Source of the DNA: Chrysomallon squamiferum
Taxonomy: Eukaryota; Animalia; Mollusca
Assembly: GCA_012295275.1 (NCBI GenBank)
Contig: CM022677.1
Location: 10,044,001 to 10,108,000 of the forward strand
DNA length: 64,000 bases
Direction of reading: 5' to 3'
Shown: one piece after another, positions 47,248-61,725 of the stretch
Layout: the number at the start of each line of letters is the position of its first letter
Position numbering within the stretch: position 1 is the first letter of the stretch
Notes under the pieces: model-generated
Told to the model about the DNA's origin: nothing
The model's database searches: none
Seen by the model: the letters and a program-made list of their open reading frames with translations, nothing else
Made by a program: the position numbers and the translations under genes

Positions 47248-50200
47248 TGTGTATGTGTCTATGTTTAGACAGATTAGATAGACAGTTTGGTACATAGACA
47301 TAGGTAGGTAGAAACATAGATTGATAGATAGACAGACAGACAGACAGATCGATAGACAGATTGCTATAGACAGATAGACAGAGATATACATATTAAAAGC
47401 GCCTGTATCAGTTGTTTTACTGAACGCTTGATTAATTCCCTGTTTCAGTTTTATCTGAACAAACTCAGCACGAATGAAAACTGAAGTTTACTAAAGAAGA
47501 GACTAACGAACTCGACCAATCAAATGTTCTCAACTTCAATTATTAATGTCGTCGTACACAGACACATACACTAAATTAATAAGTAATGTAAAGTACACTA
47601 TCTATTATAACACACACACGCGCGCGCGCCTACAGACTAATTTTATTTTATTTACAATGTGTTATAACATTTTATTTACTATTCAGTGTTCTACGCTGGA
47701 GGACTGGTTCTTGCACAAACTTCTCAGAAACAGCGGTACGTCTGATAATACTTGTGTATATGTGACAACTTTACGACCGAATGAGAAAAGGAAAAAAAAA
47801 AAAAAAAAAATCTCTGTCATGCAGGTTTCATAATATGCACAGCTTACCAGTTCCGTGTGGATAATTTTTCCTAGAAATATCGAACTTGCATAACCGATTG
47901 TTTTTCAGCGTTTTTGCTAAGTTCATCGAGCTCTCTGGTACTTGTCAGTTTAATATTCTAACACGTCGTCTGTCGACAAAGGCGCATCAAAAAAGCCATC
48001 AGATTTGCATCCAGTGTTCGTAACGCTGTAAAGGGAGGAAGTTTCTGATGTCACTCTTCAGTAAGAAAGAAACTACTGACAAAGGTTCCATTATCACAAA
48101 TTTTAAAATACAAAAAAAACTCTGAAATATTAACATTTAACGAGCAACAGAAATAGTAATATCTTAAGTTGTTGGATTGTTTTGCCAACTCCGACTTTAT
48201 TTTCTGCACAAAATTAGTAAAAATATTATATAGAAAAAATCCTACAGACTCTTTGTATAATAAAACATAAATAGTAATTCGTGTTTTGACATCCCCTTCT
48301 CAAGTCTTTCTCTTAAAATCAGAATAATTCTGAAATCCAAAACATTTTCTGTCCCAAACATTTCGGATAAAGGATTCACAAGCTTATAATTAGTGCTATT
48401 TTCTAACACTTAGAAAGGTCTTTATAATTTATTTTCATTAATTATTGTTATTATTTTCTTTAGTTTTGCTTGGAGTCTAACAGTAAGTAGATTTGTATTC
48501 CTGTGTAGGAACTCTTGCAATCAGAAGAAAAAAAAAATTCTTTTTAAAAGTTATAATTTATTTTCATTAATAGTTATTACTATATTTTTAATGCTAAAAA
48601 TATCTAAAGTGAAATGAAATCTAGCTTTACTTGTTTTTTGAGAAGACTAACCATTAGTCTTCTTTTTCTTTATTTTTGTTTTTTTATTTTTTATTTTTTT
48701 ACCTCTGCTGTCCATAATTAACAAATGGTTACAAAATAATAAACTGTTACAAAATTGATGTTGTAAGTAGATTTCTCAAGCCTCCAGAGAGAGAAATTTT
48801 ACTAGTTTGCTACTGTGATAACATGACCTTGCAAGACTAGTCCATGTCTCAGTTACCTCCCCTTTGACTGTTTTCACTAACAAAAAGTTTAATATCACCT
48901 CCGCCTGTTGTTACAAACATAATCAGTAATTAGCTATACAAACATCTCCTGCATCTTCTCACGTTTCTCTCTGTAATTTCATATTCTTTATTTACACAGT
49001 TCAAAAATCCTTTCATCTCTTTTCTAGGATTTCTATAAAATAACTTCCACCTGTTGATTTCTAATTGTCAATCATAGCTAACAAATTATGACATTAACGT
49101 CTCCTTGTGAAGCTTTAGGGTTAATCACAACATACACTGGCAAACTATCACTACTGTACGTGTAATTATAGTTTTAATCTATGATGTGCCCATTAAATTG
49201 TATATTCTCACCTCTTCTTCATATATATATGATTATTAAATTCTTGAATCTGCTTTTCATTTGGACATCAAGAGCTTAGAGAGAGTGTGTGTGTGAGTGA
49301 AACAATAAGACTGCCTGCTTATAATATACATTTAGAGATACACACACTTTCTCTCTCTCTCGCTACCATATTAAAAGAATAAAGAATAAATGTTGATATA
49401 ATTAAACTGAAAAAATAAAATAAAGAAATTTTTGTAAATAAAGAAAGAAAGCAGGTAAAAAACAGAAATCTAATAATGATAATAACAATAATCAAAAACA
49501 GAAACAAGAAAGACAGTAATTAAAAATGTAATATAAAAATTAAGAAATAAAAATAATATAAACTTAAAATAATATAAACTTAAAATATGATAATTATATT
49601 AGGACAGAAATAAATGATAAAGAAAAAAGCAAAGAAAAAATAGAAAAATAGAAATAAAAGTTTTTAAAGAAAGGGACAGAAAAAATTCAAAGTGATATTA
49701 CCTGGAGGTGCAATATTAATATACAATTAATTAAAAAAATAAAATTGGTTTATTTTTACATTTATACACTAACTTCAGTGAAAACAGAACCATGTAGACT
49801 TATCCAGTTACCTCCCCTTTGACTGTTTTTAATGCTGATCTTTATAATGGCTGTTTATGAAGATGTACAAGTTTATTGCCACACAAATGCTTGAAGACCA
49901 ATCGTCTATAATTAAATATAAATTCTTATTTTACTGACACACAGACAATTCACTGATTCTTCAGGAACACACACTATCATATAATAGAGGCAGGTTGGGA
50001 CACATTTTGGCATTTTAATCTCTAAAATTAACCCATAATGAAGGCAAAACAAAAATGTTTATTCTGATATGTGGCACATAGGCACTAAAATTAAGTGTAT
50101 ACAGTTATGTCTGTGGTATTTTTACACATAAATTGTCTGTTGGACTAGAAAACACTTTAATTATTATTAAAGATCAGAATCAGTGTTTAACCAATGTTTA

Positions 50201-50469
50201 AGTATGTTATGTAAACATGTTAGTAGTATCACATAGCAGATGAGCAATTAAAGAAAGGTATGATGTAACAAGACATGACAAAAGGAAAACAGTATCAAGT
50301 TTTATAGCTCTGCTGTACTATATTTCATTGCAGGATCAATTACATGTTTTTACACTAACTGCAAGCATCACACACAAAGCAGAAACCAGCATCAATATCT
50401 GCATGATCCTTGCGATACCAGCACACTTCTCCAAACTGAACAAGTAAAGTTAAAATTTTTGCCTAAAAT

Positions 50470-51180
50470 CAACAGATTTAAAACAGCATCAGGCCCAGAA
50501 ACATCAGCACACAGCTGTGGTGATGTTTAAACCAGACTCACTGACACTGTACACTAGTCAGGTGGAGCAGAGATACTGGACTTTGTTAAAGTGAAACACT
50601 GTGTTTGTTAAAGTGAAACGCTGTGTTTGTTAAAGTAAAACACTGTGTTTGTTAAATTAAAACACTGGTGTTTGTTAAAGTAAAACACTGTTAAAGTAAA
50701 ACACTGTGTTTGTTAAATTAAAACACTGGTGTTTGTTAAAGTAAAACTCTGGTGTTTGTTAAAGTGAAACACTGTGTTAAAGTAAAACACTGGTGTTTGT
50801 TAAAGCCTATATCTCTGGCTGTTCTTGTAGATTTTGATGCCTGCCTGCCGATGCACTTGCAGCATCTAAGAAATCCTGCCAACAAGGCTTCTCCTGTCAT
50901 CCCATTTTCAACCCATGTAGATGGAAATTTCTTCTGATTTTGTTTATTAAACTGGAAAGCCAATTTTCATACATTTAGGAATCAAATGGAAGCCAATGCT
51001 GTCAGTATACTTTCATACATTTCTTCCTTTTCTTCTTGTGTCAATACGTCCTGCTGCCTTTTCTTAAAGCACTTTTCAATGTCTCTTTTGAAGCACTGTT
51101 TTTCTCTGTATTATTCCCTCACTTCAACCATTCCAAGATGTCTACTGACATCTGTCTTCAACTGCTCTTCTTTTGATATG
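50470..51180 (-). mobile_element. Decayed pogo/Tigger-like (HTH CENP-B + DDE_1) transposase
   Basis: VLTQEEKEEMYESIL...V*KLAFQFNKQNQKKFPSTWVENGMTGEALLAGFLR...STRTARDIGFNK matches the pogo-family pattern (RKLAYQ.A......P.W.....AG.DW..GFL.R....TS.ARA.GFNK). After an inserted minisatellite, *LVYSVSESGL resembles RIYNVDETGL. Confidence 0.75.
50581..50805. repeat. ~22-bp minisatellite inside the pogo relic
   Basis: Unit tttgttaaagt(g/a)aaacactg(g)tg, about 10 copies. Confidence 0.92.
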
Positions 51181-51232
51181 TCATTCACATTGGTTCATGG
51201 ATGAATGAATAAACAAAAACAAATATGAAAAT

Positions 51233-51502
51233 ATGTTACATGAGACGTGTTCACTTCATACTCAATCAAGTTGTTACAGTTAGCTGAGTATCTGTTTTGT
51301 GAGATGTGTATTCACTTCATACTCAATCAAGTTGTTACAGTTAGCCGAGTATGTTACGTGAAATGTGTTCTCTTCATACTCATTCAAGTTGTTACAGTTA
51401 GCCGAGTATGTTACGTGAAATGTGTTCTCTTCATACTCAATCAAGTTGTTACAGTTAGCTGAGTATGTTACGTGAAATGTGTATTCTCTTCATACTCAAT
51501 CG
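51233..51502. repeat. 57-bp minisatellite, ~4.5 copies
   Basis: gttgttacag recurs at 51270, 51331, 51388 and 51445. Confidence 0.92.
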
Positions 51503-53135
51503 AACATTAGTTGTTTTGTTTTGTGTTTATTTATATTTATTGTTTTTCAATATAGAAAACTGTGTTTGATGATTTTCACTGCTACAGGCTCAGTGGTGGT
51601 AATAGGTTTTGGGAACAAGTGTTTCCCTAATCTTCAAAGAATATGTTCGTTTTGGTGGGGATTTTTTGTAATTTGAAAAACCTGTTTATTATGGGATTAT
51701 AACAGAGAAAGTATTTTTCTGTTGCCTACCCTAATTCAAGCCTATCATAACAATTTCTATTTAACAATTTCTAATTAACAGATCATGTATAAACAAGCTT
51801 ACAATTGATAAAAGTATGGTATAGCAAAACTATCTAACAGCATCGCTATTCAAGCTACTGCAGCAAATTATCAAGACCAAGCTAGCCTGTCTGCCATCAC
51901 ATCTTCATATAAAGGAAAGACTTCTTTTTACTTTTTTACTTCTTTTTTTTATCTATATAACAGTAAACTATGGAACTGTATAGAAAATAAATTCATTTTA
52001 ATCATATAAACTTGGTTAAGGATAACTACTAATTTCATACAAGTATTATAGAAATTTTATATAAACTGGTAATTAAAATGTATTTTCACTACACAGGTTT
52101 TCCAAAGTGCGTTACAACTGGGTATAAGATGTAAAACTAATTCCTGTCTTTAACTATGTAATTTTTAGATTTCTGCAAAATGAATTCTTTTATTGATGGT
52201 AATATGAAAATATTGGAGTTTATTTATTTGTTTACTCTAAAATATTGCTATAAAATTGAATAAAACTGCATTTCCTAAAGTATTTGTTCCTTCAAGTACA
52301 TAAAAATAATCTAATGTATTTATCATCTATACATTTCTGTTTAAACCATCAAGATGAAATTTAAACTATCTTGTGTTTGATTTTTGTTTAGGTCAGTCTG
52401 CAACAAAAGAGAAATAAAGAAGAAAAAATTTAAAATATTTTAAAATTTATTTTATTCAAGAAATCAATAAGGAAAGCAGATAGTTCCAACTGAATCAAAC
52501 CAAAATAAAATAAGACAGTTCCATTGGTCCTGACGAAAAAACCCCAAAAAAACAAAAACAAATTAGAACAAAATTAAAATCATCAGACAGCCAGCCATAC
52601 ATTTAGAAATAATTGTTATGAATAAGCAAATAAATTAAATTAAAATAAACAATTAAAACAGAGTTGTCACTTGGTGATAAATTACTTGTAGCTAGAAATA
52701 ACCAGACTATAAATCTGTTAAATATAAAACCACTTTCAGCAAAAGAAATACTAAGGGAGGCAACTCTTGGTTGAGACAGTTAAAGTTCAGTCTGATTTAG
52801 AATATGGATTTAATATTTTATATTGATCCTGAATTCTGCAATACTTATATAGATTTTTGATTCTTGTTATAACCTGCAAAATTGTGACATTTGTCCTTTT
52901 GCATTTAAAATTAATTTAGGTACAAAACCTTGCTTATAATTTGCAAGAAAAAACAAATATTTTTTCCACCTAATATATATATATATATATTTTTTACTAA
53001 GTTTATTACTTATTATATAAAAATACCTGCAGTTTATATTAATAAATAAAAAATTTTAAAAAAAGAAAGCCAAACAAAATGGAAGAATAAACTGCCATAT
53101 ATAAACATTCCACAACCTGATTAATGTTATGTACA

Positions 53136-53171
<36 letters not shown>

Positions 53172-54504
53172 CTACTGTATTCTCTCTCAAATTAAGCCCC
53201 ACTTTTACTAAACTTAATTTAGAAGGTAAGCAAATTATCAAATAGATATGTATTTTTTTGTGTCCTTAATTTGCCAATGTCTGCTAGTGAGTTTGCTTTA
53301 TCTTGATAACATTTTACAGGTCTGAAATCACCCGTGACAGTCAAATACAAAGTCAAAATGTAACTGAAAGTTTAGAAATATAAATTATAACATTAAACTA
53401 ATCCTTCTGGCTCTGTTAAGAAAGGAAATGAAAGTTTATTTCTGGTTGATTTGCAGTTCAAATTATAAACAGGTTCTCTTTTCTGTATGTGGAAGTTTAA
53501 TTATTTTTCACTTCTTATTTTTCGGTTTTGGGGTTGGTACAACAACTCTTTTTCCAAAACAACATTATTTCTGAGTAAAAAAATATCTACGAAGAAGTTA
53601 ATTTAATTTCTTTATAAAATAAAAATATAAAAAATGAGGCTTATTTTAAGAAAACAAATTATATGTGTCACACGTCTTCATAAAATTAAAAAAAATAATA
53701 TAAAAGTTTATAAAGCTCTGGCATATTTTCTGTCTATATATATATTTATATTTTATATACATACTAACTTAAACTAATATATATAAAAAACCCAGTAGAA
53801 ACTGTCACATCAGGGACTAGTAATAAAATTTAAAAAAAAAAAAAATAAAATAAAAAATACTATAAGAAAAAACTATTCTGTGTACAAAATGTTCATTTCT
53901 TATTTAAACAAATTTCTGTTTAAAATATTCAAAATTGTATCACACCTCACATAAACTCATGCAAACACACACACACAAATTCACCCACAAACAACAGTTT
54001 AACATTGTTAAAAACAGATTTAAAAAAAAGAAAGAAAGAAAAATCATATTAAATAATTCTTTTACTTGTACAAACATACATTTGATAGTCACACAGAAAA
54101 ACACTCATGAAAATTTATTTTGGTTTCTTCTTTTTTTTCTTTTTCTAAATATCCCAACAACCTCATGAATGGTTACAAATTAATGCTGCAAGTATTATTC
54201 AGCAGTTTTCTTCCCTGAATGTAATGTTTAGTAATTAAAATAAACTATATTCTAAACTAAAATTATAACATCTTTCAAATAATTATAATTTTTTTATTAT
54301 TACACAATTATACAACTATTATTATACATTATGGAGGATTATAATGAATTTTTCTAAATCACTATAACATATATAAATATATAATCTTGATAGATAATGT
54401 TTCAAAATATTTATAAAGTAAAAAAAGAGTAACATTTTCCAGCACTAAATAAAACTTGGTATTGATACATTGTGCTATTTTCAGTAACTTATATTATATA
54501 TATA

Positions 54505-54547
<43 letters not shown>

Positions 54548-55788
54548 CATATACACACACACATATAACTGTCTGGTTTAGACAAGTGTCCTCAGTACAC
54601 AGTTTTATGTGATAAACAGTAAAAATAATACACTGTTAGTATACCCTGCAAAACTAATAAATATTCTCAAGCAAAATATATAAACAAAGCTAATGAATTT
54701 TCACATAAAAAGCATGATAATATTTATAAGAAAAAAACTAAAAACTCTGGTTACAAATATTGAAGCGAAAAAAAAGAAAAAAAAAAAAGATAGAGATAAT
54801 TAATAAAAAGAATTAAAAAAAAAAAAAAAAGGAAATAAAAAAGAGCCTGAACAGAATTTATTTCTAAATTCAAAATGGTGGCATCAGTATGTAGTTTCTT
54901 CCACACTGAACTTTATGAACTAAATTAACTATCACCAACATGGTGATACCAACAGAGCAAATTTCTTTTTTATTTTATTCTTGCAGATATTCCTCTCAGT
55001 TTATATCAGAGATTAAATTGATGAATTATTCTAATTAGTCTATCAGAAGAATGGAATGTTGTCTATACATAAGTTAAAAATGTACATATAAAGCTTCCAG
55101 GTTAAAAAAAATAAAACATAAGTCTGTCATGGAAATAGTGAGTCCACAGTTGTGAATTAAATTTAGAAAACGTCCTGTAGGGAAAAACTCGGTAAATGAT
55201 TTGATTTAAGGCACTAAACAGAATGACCAGTATAAAACAGAATAATTAATAATTCAGAGGTTTGTATACAGTTGAACTTGCATAATCAATGGTTCTGATT
55301 TGTTTATATTTTTATTTTTATCTTTAGGTAAATGTATATGAGAGAGAGAGAGAGAATAAGAGATATGAAGTTAAAAATAATTTTATAATTTATTAACACA
55401 AATACAAATTTAAAAAAAAAAAAAAGTTTTTCCTTAACATGATCACAATAAGTCACCAATTCCTAATAATAAATTTTGGATATACCAATATTTATTAACA
55501 AACTGTACACTATTATATATATTATATATATAAAATTCTTTTCACAATATATGAAAATAAAACAGATATAATTTTCAGAAAACAACAGCACTGTAATAAA
55601 ATATAATTTGACATAAAGAAAACAAAGATTAGTAAAAAAAAAATCTTATGGGCACAAAACCGAACACTTTTATATATTATTTTCTGTATAATTTAAAATA
55701 TTTATATATAAATATAGTTTATTAACAAAACCAAGAGTTCAGTGTTTAATACACACATCAACAATAATATTTTTATTTCATTCCCTTT

Positions 55789-55836
<48 letters not shown>

Positions 55837-58409
55837 AGATAATAATATTAATATTCTTTTATAACTACAGTTGTTAGAATAAATGAAAGAAAACTACATA
55901 CAATTTAAATAAAAATCATTTGTATATTAAATTTCTTTTTCTTTCACTTTTTTGTTTTGTTAGGACAACAAAATATAATTTTAAGAGAAAAAACCCCAAA
56001 CAACAAATTATTATTTTCATGCTGCTATTTAAAAGGCACTATTATCAAAATGCATATTTTTATTCCAAAAACACCTGGAATCTGTAACAAAATTTCAAGA
56101 GGTAACATGACTAATAAAATTTTATTTTATTCAAAATATTTTTAACAGAAAATTAGCATAAATTAAATTAATTCATTAAGATAAAGATAAATATTATTAA
56201 AGAATGTTTTTCTGTAAAATAAAACTTTTTGTTGCTTTGTTGTCTATCCTCTAAATCAAAACTGACATTAAATAAAATAATAATTATAACAAGACACTAA
56301 CCTTTCATGTATATTAAATTATATAATACATATTAAAAGTTGTTTGACAAACTGAAATAACAAGAAAAATCTATTTTGACAAATAAGGTGTATTACTTAT
56401 AAACACTTTCCTTACAAAATACCTTTCAGGAATCAATACAATAGTGAGATATCTACAATTAACAAACATGGAATATGTAACTTTTTTTTACTTCCATGAT
56501 GTTACAACCAACGAAATCTTAGCACTATGAACTAGCTAACAACAACAACAACAACAACAACAACACATAATAACAAAAAACAAGCACAGCCGTTTTAAAT
56601 AATAATATTAATAATAATAATAATAATAAATAATAATGATAATAATAATAAATAAATAATAACAATAACAATAAGAGTAATAATAATAATAATAATAGAT
56701 AATAATTAAATAATAATGATAATAATAAATAAATTAATAATAATAACAATATTAAATAAATAATAATAATAATAATAATCGTAGAGAAAACATGTTTTTG
56801 AAACATTTTTCTCATTGTGCGCTTTTCCAGCTTTGCTTATCTTGTTACTATGTAAAACTGTAACCTCTTTGTAGCCATATTGTGCGTTCTTACCAGTTGT
56901 AATGCTTTCACCTTTTTTTTCTTTTTTTTTTAATTATTAAAATATTACACTTAGAAAATATTTTTTTAAAAGAATGATAAAAGTCAGTCTGTATTGCTTC
57001 TGGTATTTGAGCTGCATTTTGGAATTGAAAAGTGTTTCTTGTAATTCTGTCAAAATCATCTCATGTCTTCATGCAAATTTTGTTTTTCTGCCTCAGTGTA
57101 TTAATAAATATCAATTAAAATGAAATCATCCAAAATCATACTTCAAAGTAACAAAAATAAAATTCACGTACTTTTGTTGATAGATAAAACTTAACCATTC
57201 TTTGAAGGAATAAAAAATCACCTCTTTGAGATTGAAACAGTAACTAAAAATAAAACTGAATAACAATCAGACTCTTGCAGAGAACATCTAAATCAAAACT
57301 TTTTGGAGCGCATAATAAATTTTTAACAAAAAACAATCAAATCCTTGATTTTAAAAGAAAATCTTTCTAATTTCACAGACATAATTACAGTTATCCAGAC
57401 AATGCTCTGTAACTTCAGAAGACATTATTATGATCAAGAGTCATTTCTTGTGCGTTAATTCATCTTCCTTGACACAACTGAGATACTAGTAAAAAAAAAT
57501 CTCATTATGTGTTTCTAATAGTTTCAGTATTATAAATTCATTTTCTTATGCTGTGGATGTATTTATCTTATTATGACAATACAAACATTTTTCAGTAATA
57601 TGCAAACTAATTTTAATTATGGAATTCATTCTTAATGCAGGTTTCAGTCATATTATGCATCTTTGCCAAAAAATAATAATAAAATTTTAGGTTTATTCTT
57701 TGGATTTTATTTTTGTTTATGTCTGTGTGTTTTTCTAACTGTATAAGTAAAATTGTAGTAATTATAATTCTGTGTTTCATACATATTTTCTAAGTGTATC
57801 ATTACATTTTGGTTACTTTGTAATAAAGGTCATTTATATACCCTCCTCTATTTTTTTTTATTTTTTTTTTTTTAAATCAATAAATTATTATGTCTCATCA
57901 TTAGAAATATATGAATTTCACCGGTATTTTTGACACATTAAGAATTAAAAAACCCATTAAATGAAGGATTTGAATAATCTGATCTGAACTGTTCAAGCTA
58001 CATACACAGGATTTCAAAAATACGCAGCTTGCATCATAATAATCATCCAGTTTGAATATTTGTTTACAGTGATTATTTGTATCTGTATTTTAATTCTCTT
58101 GTAATTTATATTTTAACATTCAAATAGTTCATTTCTTAATTATATACTTCAAAATTAGGTAATTTTGTAATTATCTGCTGCATCTATTGTTAAATTATGT
58201 ATTTATTACTACAACATCATTTTTTGGCTATTATCTATAAGCTTAACCTACTTGTTTTTATTTTCTAGTGTTTACAATACTAACATTTCGTTGGATTTTT
58301 ATATCAATAATAAAAAAGTTAAAAAAAGTATTCTGTTAGTGAAGTTAGATTTGTAAAGTATATGTCAGTCTGCTATGTACATTGTTGTCAGTACTATGTT
58401 TACTAATAG

Positions 58410-58503
58410 TTAAACACTTGTCTGGGATGGAATATGTTTAGACTGCGTATCAAATCCAAGATGCATGAATTTTCTCCAAAACTTTGGCCCGTTCCAGTAG
58501 CCA
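58410..58503 (-). CDS. SQOR: Sulfide:quinone oxidoreductase, last coding exon
   Basis: Acceptor ttttctgttcacag; reads (T)GYWNGPKFWRKFMHLGFDTQSKHIPSQTSV*. Compare the vertebrate SQOR end GYWGGPAFLRKLFHLGMS. Phase 2 matches the upstream exon. Confidence 0.92.
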
Positions 58504-58581
58504 CTGTGAACAGAAAATAAAGATTTATTTTACTTCCATTTAACAACATCCTAGCATTTTCAAGTGTTATCTAACATTATT

Positions 58582-58632
<51 letters not shown>

Positions 58633-59004
58633 AAATTTATAAACAGCAAAAAGAATGAAACACGAACAATATAATTTTATATTAAAAAAACATTCAGCTG
58701 AATTTATTTTCTCTTGTTCAAAGATTTCTTTCTTTCTTTGTATAAACTATCAATCACCTTTTTAAAAACATTTTCTTTTTCTTTTTTTTAAATAATAAAA
58801 GTGTTAATTTTAATGCTTTTTATAAATATTAGTAATTAAAAGGTTAGTTGTGATGAGATGTGCAAGTTGTTCAAGTTGTTCACAAATAAATAAGTATAGT
58901 TTTATTTATTTATATATTTACTTATTTATTATTATTATTTATTAATTAAGTAAGTAAGTAATGTTTTAAAAATAAATTAATAAAAGAAGAGAAAAAAGAA
59001 CTCA

Positions 59005-59184
<180 letters not shown>

Positions 59185-61049
59185 CTACAACAGAAAACAA
59201 CCAAAATTACTCATTAAAAACATTTATGGATTTTTTCAGATTCGAACAAAATAAAAATCAGAATAAATATTATATATTGTTAGATTCTCATTTAAAATAA
59301 TATAAGAATTATTAACTATTATTAATCTTTAATAATCATTACTCTGAATAAGTTAATGTTTCTTTAAATACTTTGTTAAATATTTTATTATTTATTTTAA
59401 CATGTTAATAAATTTGTTAAAATTATATTTGATAAATATTTAGATTTTTGAAACAATTCTAGATTTTATTTATTTATAACATTGATTTCTACAACCAATA
59501 AGTAGAACTATTATTAATCCAAATATTAAAAATGTTTATGTTAGAAAATGTAAGAAATGATTTTCTATAATTTTTGTCAATAAATTATTAATAATATTCT
59601 GCTCTAAATAGATCAATTCAAAGCAAAAGCAGAATCATTTCATTCCTAATTTTAATAATTACTCATAAATTTTAAATGTGTTCATCAAATTAAAATATAT
59701 TAATAAAAAGGTATTATACTTGGGATCAAGGCTGAAGCACAACACAAAGTTTTCTTTATGAATAATAGTTTAGCAATCATAAACCATGCCGGGTTAAAAA
59801 GAAATAAAATTAAAATTAAAAAGATAATAAAATTAATATTATCTGAAGGTTACTGGCAGCAAGGGAACTTTTGCCTTTGTATCAAAAATGTAAACCTTAT
59901 TTTGCAGCAATTATATTTTTAACATTTGATTTTATCTTTATAAAAAAGATAAACAGAAAAAAAGAAGACTAATGTTTATAATGTTTTTATGTGTACAATT
60001 ATAATTATGTGATGTATAAAGTTTACTTTTATCATATCATTTTATTTTGTAATGGTTCAAGGTAAGAGTTTTTAAATACAATAATTTTTTAATAATCTCA
60101 TATTTATTCACAATCTATGTTTATATTGTCCAAGGTTAAACATTCTTTTATTTTAATTAATCAAATTTCTATCTAACATATCTTACTCAAATGTTTTACC
60201 TTGCAAAATTGTTTTATCAGCCAATACAGATAGTGATAAAAATACAGCCATAACCAGATACTAAGTTATTCTTTTACAATTCTTTTACAACAAGAAAGAG
60301 TTCAGCAATTCACTGGTCTACATTTTAGATATGCAAGTTCAAGGACATATGCTAGCTATTGAAAAACTAAGAGAAAAGAACCCAACAGTGCAATGACAAG
60401 ATCTGATATCAACCAAAATATGATACTAGCTCTAGCTACCTAACTATCCTGTCTTAAACTGTTTATCTTACAAATTTAATAGTTATTTCAAAAATGATTT
60501 AAAATAACAAATGATTACAGTTCACTGAAACTCTTCATTACAGTATCACACATTGTCATACCTTTTTTTATTTTTATACTTTTTTATTTTATTTTTTAAA
60601 TAGATTTTATAAATTATATCTTCTTTTTTTTACTATTTTTTTAATGAGTAAATTTACTGAAAACTATCAGATTGGAGGCCACATATTCTTTCTATAAAAT
60701 TAATTTATGATTCACCAGCACATGATACATGTCTTAAATACAAAATATACAAATCTATACAAACTGACAAAGTTATGTTTATAAAAAAACACAATACAGG
60801 TTTATAAATAGCTCTTTTCAAATTGCAGATTTACAGAATCACAAAGGTGAATACTCAGAATTAATAACTGCAGACTATTTTTGGATGTATTAAGAATAAA
60901 AATGACAGTCAAATTAAAATGTGAATCATAAACATTCTTTGCCTCTATCAATTTAACAATACACAGCTGTTGAGTCAACTGTTTTCAAGGTCCTGTAAAA
61001 TGATACAAAGAATTTTCTTTTGTGTCAATGAAAGGGTGTGTTTGTGAAA

Positions 61050-61052
<3 letters not shown>

Positions 61053-61113
<61 letters not shown>
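61053..61113. repeat. (GA)n microsatellite
   Basis: Directly visible. Confidence 0.95.
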
Positions 61114-61116
<3 letters not shown>

Positions 61117-61684
61117 TGACAAGGTAATAATAAAGATATATTTTTAGCTTTACTAACAAAACAAAACATTTTAACCCACCACACATAAACCCTAAGTAAA
61201 TATCACATATATTACCATAGCAAAATTATTATAATTTTAAAATCTGTTTTCTTGTAGCTTCAAGCTTAAAGCGACCAACTCTGTCCCAAGAAGGGAGATA
61301 AGCAGATTTGCAATTCAGTGCAGAGGAAATCACTTTAAATAACTTTCTAAATACTGTTACTTCCATCTTCATTTGTGATAAGTTTTTCATTAGAAATTCA
61401 TTCTCTTGTACGAAAAGTCTTTTTAGAAACTCACATTCTATACACTGTTTTACCACTTCTCATTTTATAAATATAGAGATAGATTATTTATTATAGGACC
61501 ATGTGTGGTAATTTATGTTATATTTATATATCATACCAGTGTAACCCACTCATACTATACTTGATATTTATAAAAATTATTAAACACACACATACACAGT
61601 GATATATTCATTTTATCAACGATCATTCCAATATATAAATAATGTAACCCACTCATACTATACTTGTTATGTATAAAAATTATT

Positions 61685-61725
<41 letters not shown>

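Noticed and set aside
47849-47930. AEKTIGYASS resembling PDSS2 AEKIVGYPTS
   Set aside because: The similarity is short and stops at the donor site, and no other prenyltransferase exons were seen.
61540-61700. ~100-bp direct duplication (also degenerate ~64-bp repeats at 15670-15880 and a short duplication at 62415/62537)
   Set aside because: These are ordinary local slippage duplications with no further structure.
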